Positions 48,359-58,956 of a stretch of DNA of 64,000 nucleotides are shown here, one piece after another. The position numbers and the translations under genes were made by a program. The notes under the pieces are model-generated. The model made no database searches and had not been told where the DNA came from. It saw nothing but the letters and a program-made list of their open reading frames with translations. The stretch spans positions 17,149 to 81,148 of the forward strand of contig NIVC01002435.1 in the NCBI GenBank assembly GCA_002269645.1, given 5' to 3'. This stretch comes from Macrostomum lignano. Lineage: Eukaryota. Position 1 is the first letter of the stretch, and every line of letters begins with the position of its first letter.

Positions 48359-49093
48359 CTCTTACTCGTATTCCAGCGTCCTGTGCTTCACAGGCTTATC
48401 CTCTTGCTATTTCGCTCGCCTATTTTTCAAGTTTTTCCATCCTACGAGTACAAGCGTCACTTTTAATCAGAAAGATACACTCTCGCAACTCTCGATACGT
48501 TGCTGCCCAGCGAGAGCAGTAGGTTGAATTTCTGTTGACCATCCGCTAGTTTACTTTAAACGAGTGGGAAAGAAAACGAGTATAGGGATAATGCTTGAAT
48601 CTTTGTTTCGGACCGTCAAGTATCGCCGATCCTATACGAGTAAGAGTTGTCGGTATCTGAGAATCTCTTCGGCTCAACATTTATTTAAAAATTCAGAAAA
48701 TTTTTTTAGACCATTCACGCTGCTTAATACGGGTCGGGCACCGCACAGTTTGCGCGCTCTCTGTTGCTTCGTGCACTTTGCACGGCCTTGTGTACTTTCT
48801 CCCTCACTCGACGTTGCTCTGCCCCGCGCGCACCCACCTCCCCCGATCTGGGTTTGTCTGTTTCCGCGGAGTCGATTTTTAATTACTTTTTTGTGGCCTC
48901 ATCTATCCTTGTTAATAATTGCTACTTTTTTCCCTTAATTCTTGTTGATCGCTTTTTTATTTGTTTGCGTCGAAATAAATTCGCTTTAACTGTCCAAGTT
49001 TTTTATCGCTTGCGCTCTTCGCCCCGTGCCGCTGGGAATGATAAAAGTCGGATTTGCGGCACGAAGTCTTGGTTCGATTGAGTATATTTGATT

Positions 49094-49527
49094 TCAATCT
49101 AAGCCGAGTCTCAAGCTTCCGTGAGTTGACGGAGAGTTTAACTGAATACGAACAGCCGAGTGACTCATGTTGTAGTCTTCGTGCTGTTCTTCTCGCAAAG
49201 ACTGGCCCGTCTTTCGGTACGAATAGTAAAGTGTGGAGCCCCAAAAATTGTTTCGAGTTTTAATCAACGCCCCGATCATGTTGACCCTTTTGCAGTCCCT
49301 GAACAGAATTAGGCAGTTGTAGAAGAGCCTCGCTGTGGCCTTGGAAGACTCCGAGTATTTTTGGAGTCTTTTGGCTCTGGCCTTTGACATCAGGTTGTCC
49401 AGGCACCAGTAGCCGCTCCAGTCCCAGCTGTTCACGCCAATCGTGATGATGATGTTGCTGGGTTGGCACGGTAGAACTCGAAGCCGCGGCACGGAGCGAA
49501 GTACGTGGTGGTGTATTGTTGGGGAAC
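49094..49527 (-). CDS. Probable terminal exon of an unidentified gene, with a likely single-base frameshift at 49460-49462
   Basis: Acceptor ttcgccag at 49528. VPQQYTTTYFAPCRGFEFYRAN joins PSNIIITIGVNSWDWSGYW..LRLGLD* if one C is added in a CCC run. Weak SGNH/PC-esterase-like look (P..IIITIGVN). Confidence 0.35.
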
Positions 49528-50583
49528 CTGGCGAAAATTTCTTCGTAGAGAATCTGCGTCATTTTAATCTAGAAAAATGCAAAAGGTTCTCAGGAACGAA
49601 GGAGTAGGAATTGGCTTTTAACTTGGTACCTGCATGCACTGAAATTCTAAACTGATACAAGCTTATTTTGCTTCAGGTGGTAGCTTTAGAATTCTGTTGT
49701 CAGCGGCTGAATATCGAATAGCAAAGTATATCTACTTGATGAATTCGTTTGTGGCTGTTTTACATCGCGCCCCTTGTCCAGAATGACGTCATCCAGGTTG
49801 GTCCGTCTGACGGGTCCAAAAAGTCCATTGAAGCCACCTGACAACTGACGCTGAACTGTTTAACCTCCTAGGACCCAGCAACGTACGAGTAGACCGCGCC
49901 GCCGACAGAATCCAGGGCACTGGTGTCAGCCAATGATCCTCCTGTCCTCACCGGTAGGCTGTCTGGCGGCAGCACCTCCGGCATTGGCTGTGGGCAGTGC
50001 GACTCAGAGCAGCTGCTGATGAGGCCTACAAGCTGGGGTCGCCGACAACGCAACAGGTCGCTTGGACGGACTGGATCGGCTCGGCAATGTAGAGCGTCGC
50101 CTTGGCTACTCAGTCGTCGCTGATCTTGAAAGCGCAGCGCAACATTCTGTTCGAGCAAGTATGAATGGGATGGTTTTATCAAAGTTCTAAGGTCTGGGAG
50201 ACCCAGAAGGCTTGTGCTGGCTTCCGGCGTTTCCCCCTCCGGCGATTCCCTTTCGACGTTTCCATTCCCTTCCGAAGAAACGCCGGTAGGGAAACGCCGG
50301 AGGGAAGTGCCGGAGAGAAAATGTCCTTAAGCGTCCTTTTGCAAACGATTTGACACGAATGGGAGGCTTTAATATTGAATGGCGTGCGTACTGGGCGTGC
50401 AGCCCTGAAGAGCCTTTTTAGCTAACTGCAAAATTTAACTTATACGAGAATGTTGCAGCCTTTTTATCCTCCAACCAGTAGATATAGTAGCCCTACTGTA
50501 GGACTCTAGGCTCAGGATGTTGGCTTAGAAAGCTGCAGTTGAAATTTATTGAATTTTCTAGCCGAAAATTGATAAAATTCCAC

Positions 50584-51756
50584 CAGTGTTGGGCAAGTTA
50601 CTCAAAAAAAGTAACTTGCGTTACTGTAACTTAAGTTACCACTTTTTAAAAAGTAACTTACGTTAGCCTAGTAACTTTGAACAAAAACCCGGTAACTTTT
50701 AAGTTACTTCCGTTACTTACTTCCGTTACCTATGTTATAAACAAAATTTTCTGCTTTTTTAACATTGCAAATGTGCTGGAACAGCACAAATGATCGCGAA
50801 AGCCAGAAGGAAAAATACAACAAAATTAATTTCAGTAACTGTATTAAATTTTAATCACTTTAGGCCCTTTCCGTAAAAAGAAGAGAAGCTGAAGGTCAGA
50901 AACGTTAAAGGCAAAACGCAATTTAATTTTTAATAACATTATAAGTTATAATACACAAGGACAACTTAACGTAACTTCAGTTGTCCTTGATAATACATCG
51001 CTCGTAATAAGTACCTGGCTTTACTCCACTCTACAGTCTGCTTTACTAGTCTTTTTATTTTCAATTATTTGAAATTTTTTTCAATTTTTTCAATTATTTT
51101 TCAATTCATTAATATTAAATTATTGTGCAGTGCAGTGCAGTGCCAGTGGACTTTAGTGGTGTAGCCAGGGAGGCCGCCTTAACAATCGTTGGGGCGGCAA
51201 CTTCACCCCACCTGCAAGACACCCCACCAGGGGGGGGTGGGGTTGGGCGTGGCGGGTGCATGAGGCATGGCCAGCCAGGTCAACCCGCCCCCCCCCAATT
51301 AAAATTCCTGGCTACGTCGATCACTGAGTGGATTTGTGGAGACTACAGATGAATTTCTTTCTTTGGTTGTTTGTTTCTAAGAACTAAACAAAATATTTTT
51401 ATTAACTTAAAAACGAAAAGCAAAAATATTTTACCGAAAATAACAAAGTAAAAACATGTTTCAAGTATTTCTTTATTAATTACAGCGTAATACCGTATGA
51501 TATTATTCACTTAGTTTTGAATTTAAGTATGAAAAATGCTAAAAATGTGACAACTGGCGTAATAGCTAAGCATATCAGTTTTAAATTTAAATATTGCGAT
51601 TGTTGCAAAGTAACTGTAACGGACTTCCGAAATTTGAGTAACTTACCGTTACTCCGTTACCAAAATAGGAAAGTAACTTGCGTAAGGAACGCTTTACGAA
51701 AAAGTAACTTGCGTTACCATTTACAAGTTACTCGGTAACGGAAGTGCCCAACACTG
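50584..51756. mobile_element. Non-autonomous hAT-type DNA transposon (1173 bp)
   Basis: Perfect 12-bp TIR cagtgttgggca/tgcccaacactg; exact 8-bp TSD aattccac (50576-50583, 51757-51764); dense subterminal gtaac/gttac motifs; no ORF. Confidence 0.92.
51154..51326. mobile_element. Small GC-rich MITE nested in the hAT element
   Basis: Imperfect TIR tagtggtgtagccaggg / cctggctacg..cactg; flanking agtggactt and agtggattt (one mismatch). Confidence 0.55.
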
Positions 51757-52503
51757 AATTCCACCTTGCCGAAAATTATTGTTGAGGAATAATTGTGGGC
51801 TACTGAAAAAGCTGAATAGATAGCATTATGAAGCTGATAATAAAGTTTGAATTTTACACAAAATTTTGCGTCTATATTTTTTATATTTGGCACCTGGCTT
51901 AATAAACGCTTTCGATACTACTGGGTGATTTTACATCAATAATGAGTGGGACTAAGTGATGATGTTCGGAATGATGGGAATGATCAGGGTATTGGACTTT
52001 GAGGGGATGCTCAGTTAAAACGGTTTTGAGATGCAGCAATGCTGAAGGGAGTGAGATACAGAATGATGCTAAGCGGGAATGATGCTAATGGGGGATGATG
52101 TTGAGTGGGAATGACTCTAAGGGGGGGGGGTGATGCTGAGAGGAAGTTGCCCAATTGTGTGGAGTTTTTATCGTTTTATGGAAATTAATAGCAAAGCGCT
52201 TTTCACTTACATGGACATTGTTGAATGGGATTCCAGTGAGGTGAGGGATTCTACAAACTGAGATTTTACCTTGTTTAAATTACTTTGATTCAGTGCGTGT
52301 AATCTTTGCAGACCACAGTGAAAACACTGAAGGATCAAAAAAGCATAGTATACAAAAATTTAGAGGCTGACATCTTCAAAAAATTGCCATAAGTTTTGTG
52401 TAACAACGTACATTGTCACAAACAGAAAAAAACTATAGTCACCATCTGGAAAATTCCGCAGCTAAAGGGTTTATGCATGGAAAAGCATGTCTGATTTCGT
52501 AGA

Positions 52504-55500
52504 TCAAGAAGTGTTGGATGACCCGGTTTCCTTTTCCGAACTCGGCGATCCAGCGGCAATGCTATCGATTGAGCAAGGCCTCCCATACCAGTCCCGGACT
52601 GCATCCAGCAGCCAACCTCGCAGCACAGCCGTCCTATCGATAACCTTTTGAATTCTTTCTTTCAGTCGTCGTTTCAACTCGACATCATGGCAGTACAGCG
52701 CCGCTGTGACCAGCTCCTGGGCGTCTGCGTCCGCTCGCACAGCCACGTCTCTGATCCAGCCATGAGCTTCCTCGATGCCCACTTTCAGCTCAATTCGGAG
52801 ACACTGGAGAAGTGCGTCAAAGTTCACAGAAAAATTTGTGTAATAATTCTCCAGTTGAAAAATTACGCATTCAGACATCCGTCTGGAAATGAAGGAATAC
52901 GTTGGGCGCTGATGCAGTGTGAAGCAAAACTTCCAAGCCGAGTCGGAGTTACAGAGATGTTGCCAAACTAGCTCCGTCGCCGAGCTCGAGACTGGCTTCT
53001 CAGTCGGCCAAGAGAAACCTCGCCTAACTTTGTGCAATCTGCACCCGATGAGAATATCGGCTGCCGCATCCTGGAGGCCAAATTTCAGACACGCAAGGAC
53101 TCTCAGCGATTCGCGAGCGGTTCGAGCGCAATCGGGCAGTTTTCCTATCAAATCCAGGAGTCCCAGATGCGATTTGGAGCTGCAGTCGTAGTCAGACAGG
53201 AACATTAGCGCTTCGCGAACAACATCGTAGATCTCGTGGTACTCGATTTTATTTGACTTTGGCGATGGGTTTTGTGCATGCATGTATGGCAGCACAACAA
53301 ATGGATGAAAGTAGAACATGTCGCCATCGTTGATTGATCGCAGAGTGCTCATAAACTGTATTACTAGCTCGTCAAAGTTTTCTGTCAAGTGAGTCAGTGC
53401 TCTAGCAATGGTTTCAAGAAAAGCCTTCATCTCCTCTGCTGCTTTCGGTTCCACACCCTTCAGGTACAGAGCCGTGTCGCAGAGAAAGAAATGGTCTAAA
53501 ATTTTTCCTTCTCCGTTATTATGCCCGGCGTTTTTCTCAACTGAGTCCCGAAGAATCTTGAGCGACTTCTTTGTGAGGCTGATAAGATTTTCTGGCCGCC
53601 ATCGCTCGCGTGGTGTTGTCTCAAGCATTCGGAATGTGGTAGTCTTGACGTGGTATGCCTTCAGTCCTTGAATACGAGTATTGTAGGAATCTTTGCTGCT
53701 GATAACCTTCTTCACCAGATACTTGAGAATGATAAACAGCTGCCCTTGGACAGTGTTTAGACTTCTCAGAAGAAGCTTCTCCAGAAATGTTGTGCTGACT
53801 CGAAGCTGTCTTCCTGCCTGATTTTGAGGTGCTGCGTGCACCACATGGCAGTGTGTAGAGGCGAGCGCCTGTTCCAGGGACAGAAGCAGGGACTCTGGAA
53901 TTTCGGAGTCTACGACTCTGTCCGGCAGCAGCGGCGCAATCGGGGGTAGCAGCAGACCCGACGCGCGTCCACCAGGTCTACGGCGGGCTTCAACACGGAT
54001 CCCAACAGCGGTTCGGCAGGATTCGATGCTGTGGGATGGATTTAATTTACAGTTGCATCTCGTAATTGGGAAACAGAGTATAAAAGCTTTAGTATATGGG
54101 TATTTAAAGCAAGCCAATTACCGAAACCAGGGCAAAAAATGTGACCATTGGTGTACTCCACTTGTTCGTCTTCCACCAAATCGCATCGGCATACGCCCCT
54201 AATGTGGTAATCTCTTCCAGAGATAAGCCTCATCACATCAATGTCGGACTCAATGTCTGTCGTGCCATCCAGGGCGGACAGATTGTTGCCCCAGCTTTCG
54301 GAATAGCTTCCCACGACAAATACTTCATTGTCACGCAGGCGCCTTCGCAGAATATCCTGCAAAACGTCTGCGACCGCGGCTTGAGCTTTGGCTCGAGATT
54401 CCGTAAACCCGGACTGCGATAGGCGCCTGTGTAGAAGCACGCTGAGCTCATTTTCTTTTTGCAGCACCCTGAAATGCAACATTTTACTGCCTATAGTCTC
54501 AAATAATTCAAAACAATCTAGTAGAATAGTAAAAAAGTATAAATGAAAATATTAGCTTCTTCTTGTTGTTTCAATTCGAAACGACTTTAATTAGAGGTGA
54601 AATTACGGATTGCAACTGTTTAAAACAACTTTATGCTGGAGATCTCTTATAGTTAGCATTTAGCCATGCAGGGTAGCTTCGAGCGATCGTAAGCCAGATG
54701 TCTCATTGTCGCAATACTGGCTAATTTTCAATTTTGCAAATCACTTAATATATATTCCACACAGGACTAAAATGTTCTTACGCTTTTTCATCTGACGTCA
54801 AATCGTTGGAGTCAACTTGAGGTTGACTCGTGGGTGAATCTGGCATCCATTTCTCATCCGGTAAGTTGTTTTGTTGAGCCACCGCCACGGCACCTGAATT
54901 AGCGGCTTCTTGGCCACTTTGCTTGTCTTCGACTAATCGCACGAGAGTAGTACTTCTTGACCCTGCTGAAGACTGCTTTCGGCACCGGCTTCCATTAAGG
55001 ACTTGACCACCCTTTCGTGACCCTGTACAGCTGCAAAAACCAGTGGAGTTATTCCATTGGCCTGGGTCACATCAACGTCTGCTTGTGCATCGATTAATTC
55101 CGTCACCACCTCCGCACTTCCTTGGTACGAAGCCAAATGTAGAGGAGTTAATCCATCGGCTGACTTGATATCGACATTGGCTTGAGCTCTAATCAGCTGT
55201 TTTGTGACTCTTAACTCATTCACTTGAGCAGTAGCGTGCAAAGCTGACATCCAATTGCCTCCTATCAAGTCCACGTCAGCCGGAGCTTTGATGAGTAAAT
55301 CAACAGCTTTAGTGTGACCTTGATGCGAAGCGATGAACAATGGAGACTCACCGTCGTTTGACATTGTGTCAATGTCTGCTTGAGCTTTGATGAGAGAGTC
55401 TGCCACTCTGTCGTGCCCGTTTGCACAGGCAATAAACAGTGGCGTTGCGCCACTAGCTGTCTGGGTGTCCACATGGGCTCCTTCCCTTATGAGAAGATTT

Positions 55501-56749
55501 ACAACCTTTAGATGCCCTTGCTGAGCTGCAATAAAAAGAGGCGTAGCGCCCTCCCGTTGCTGAACGTTCAATTCAGCCTTAGCATCAACAAGAGCCTGAG
55601 CAATTTTGAAATGACCAATTTGGCAAGCGACGTACAGTGGTGATTCGTTGTCAACTTGCCTCAAGTTTACATCTGCTCTCGATTGGATGAGCAGACTCAC
55701 CACTTCACTATGTCCGCGGTGAGTGGCAGCTAGCATGCAGGAAACTCCAGAGTTGTCTTGGCTGTTAAAACATTTGCTTGGGCCTCAACGAGTGCTTTCA
55801 CAACTCTATGGTGACCCCGAAACGATGCAATATGAAGCGGTGAAGTACCTGTGCACTCTTGAGTATCGAAGTCCGCTAGCGCTTTTATTAACACATTCAA
55901 AACTTCGTGATGGCCATTTTGTGATGCAACGTAAGACGGCGACATGCCATTGTGCTTGGAAAGATTAACATCAGCGCTTGCAGCAACCAGAGCCTGTACA
56001 ACACGCCGATGTCCATTCTGAGATGCGAGATACAGTGGCGAGCAGCCTTTGGCATCTTGACAGCTCAAATTAATTTGAGCTGTCAAAAGTAGCTCCACAA
56101 CTTTCAAGTGACCCTCCTGCGATGCAATATAGAGAGGTGAAATTCCGACAAGATTAGCCACATTTGCGTTCGCTTCCGCCTTGACGAGCGCCCGGACGAC
56201 CTCGTGATGCTGGCCGAATGAAGCAGCGTGCAGCGGAGAAACAAGAACTTCCCTATTGATGCAACGGTCGATGTCAGCTTGAGCTTCGATGAGGAGTTGA
56301 ACGATTCCAATATGGCCTTCCTGCGACGCGATATACAGCGGTGATGCGTGAATGCCTTCAAATTTATTCACATCGGCTTGAGCTTTGATTAGCAAGTCTG
56401 CTAGGAAGTAATAACCATTCTGAGAAGCAAGGTACAAAGGTGTGCAGCCGTCTGAGTCCAATAAATCAATGTCAGCTTGAGCTTCAATCAGTCGTTTTAG
56501 AACTTCAAGCCTACCTATAATGCATGTGAGGTGCAAAGGTGAAAACTGCTCGCCTAGAACGGGTAATTCGACGTCAAGGTTGTTCCGAGCTTCCAGATAG
56601 CGGTCCACAACGGTAAGATTGCCTTCCAAGATCGACCGCATGAATTGCTCGTCCGTCGGATAGGGAACATCAGCCTCGGGTTGGTCAGGCTCAGAGGCAA
56701 TCATGAGAACAGTGGCTATCCATTTGATCACTTCTTGTATTAGCGACAT
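52504..56749 (-). CDS. Ankyrin-repeat (about 17) plus Mab-21/cGAS-like nucleotidyltransferase (cGLR) fusion, about 1,280 aa. Exons 54782-56749, 54122-54468, 52504-54028; three frameshifts in the assembled sequence
   Basis: 33-aa ANK repeats (SPLYIASQEGH). The linker ends ..DEK-GC|gtaag (phase 2) and matches acceptor tttcag|G-GTG. NTase motif VGSYSE..DIESDIDVM, third acid in VDLV, and Mab-21 motifs LRVSTTFLEKLLL, LKYLVK, LKAYHVKT and DHFF. Confidence 0.8.
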
Positions 56750-58956
56750 GGCCGCTTTTTTAGTTCAAACAGAAACCAAGCCTTTCAGTAGTTAATTCTA
56801 TCAGCATAAGCGCGTTTCTCTGACTCTGTTAGTCGTCGCGAGCTAGTCTGTTAACAATCTTTTGCGCGTCAAATGCAGCTTAGTCCTATTTTTATTGCAG
56901 AGTTGAAGCTACAGTGTGTACTGAAGTTTCTACCCCCAAGCATAAGCGCGTAATAATGGCCTCATAAATCTGCCTGGAAATTCGTAGCATCTAGAAAAGA
57001 TCAGAATTAAACAGACCCGTCGGGCAAGCCTGCTTCAGTTCACTCGCGTACATTCTTGTGCGCAGCCGGGCGCCTCCATTGGCTACGAGTTTTGATTCTA
57101 TGCCAGAATTTGCTAGCTCATTACAAATTTGCATGCTACACACGACCGGTAGTACACCACTATAGCAGCCAGCCAGCATGGAAGCATACAGTGCGATGAT
57201 CTTTAAACCATAGGCAGACGGATGCCGTTTTCATCCACTCTGTCTACGTCCAAGCCAGACGGCATAAAATCAATCTCTATGGGCCAGATTCGTTAGATTT
57301 TTCACCACAGCCGTTCCCGACGACTAGAAGCCGAAAACGGCCATATAGATCTTATTTACAAGGACTACTGACTACTATATATAACCATATTTATAATGAA
57401 TAGAACTTCTATTACTTCATCTATATGTATCTAACACACCAATAAGGCAACAATATGTTTTGAAGTGAAACGAAACCGTCGTTAGCAAGAGGATGGGAGA
57501 AATCATCCAGCCTTGGCAGCAACACCCAGATGCACAAGATCTGCATGCCTAAAAATAAGCCCTGATGATCGGCAAGCGAGAAGCCCAGCCATGCGACCCT
57601 CGCGTGATGCATGAATCTCCTCTGGCCGACGGCTCCTATTGGGCCTTCCACTTTCTTCCCCTATTCCTCGTTGCTCGCGTACAGTCTGTTAACTTATAAA
57701 ATATACTGATTGAAGAGGAAAGATCCTCGCCTGAAGTTTGAGAATGTGACTCTAGAGATCACACAGAGAAAGTACCATCGAGTCCATTGTTCGTTGTCTT
57801 CCTGAACTGTTGGCAGAAGTAACGATTATGTGGGAAAAACCCTTATAAATTGTCGTTTCAGTTTCTCACAGTGAATGATAAAGTACATGCACAGAGTAGA
57901 TAGTTTACAGTCGATTAACAGCCACCACGAAACAAGAGCCAGGAGACTGTTCTAGACTGAAAAAATGTTTTCTGTGGCTGCTAGACTGAACGAGTGTGTA
58001 TTTTACTGAATTTAATGCAGAAAAACAATGCAGTTAATGTGAACTGAGGTTGACTATAATAGTATAGTAGTCAAAAGTAGTCAACTAGTCAAAACTAAAC
58101 TAAAAGTAAAATTCTCGTATAAAGCAGTCCGTATAAATGAATTAAATTAGCAAACAGACACTAAATCTAAGCGAGACTACTATCCGTCGGGAACGCGGTT
58201 ATAAGCGCCTAAAACTGCAGTCAAATAGAGATTTCAAGCCGCAAATTGAGCTTCGGCAAACATTGAGCCGTTGAAAATCGAAAAAGATCGATAAGAAATT
58301 AACGAATTTAAGCTCCGCTAAGGATCAAAATACTTTGTACCGGTCTGTCAATTACCTTACTGCAAGAGTTACGCTTATGCGTTACACATAGCTAAGTCTT
58401 GAGCTACCGAAGTCTGAGGATCTACATATAAATACAGTAAATAATTAGTCTTTCCAGGTAAACCGTGCATGTCTAAGGCCGCTGAAAAGCTGAGGCATAA
58501 GCAATGAGCAATAAGCAACACGCAAATCGTACTGATGCAACAGGGACAACCGCTTTGCGTTGCAAAAGGTATTGGCCAGATGGGAAGTTTTCAGGATTTT
58601 TGGCACAATACGACGCTCGGATAGCGTTATAAGCTTTATAAGCTTTTATAAGCTTTTATAAGCTATAAGCTATCATAGTACATCCGATATGTGAATATCG
58701 TCCGAAATGCAGAAGAAGAATAAAAAATATTTCTCTTCCAGGTTGGTTCACAGTTTTTTTCAACAAAATGTTTGAAAACCGTTCAAAATACAGTGGTTGC
58801 AAAGATCCACTTTCAACATAGCACTGAATAGGGCTTTCACCAATATGTGTCCGGTAACATTTCAAGATAAATTAGCTCGGAAAACTTACACGATTCGCGA
58901 GCGTAGAGCCCTTCTATTCTAGATTTCTACGCAAATTTACTCAACAATCGCTGAAA

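Noticed and set aside
49094-49527. STING-like protein next to the cGLR (WSGYW..L, LILFRDC)
   Set aside because: Only a loose pattern; no EYATP-type motif, no transmembrane region and wrong spacing. Not supportable without a profile search.
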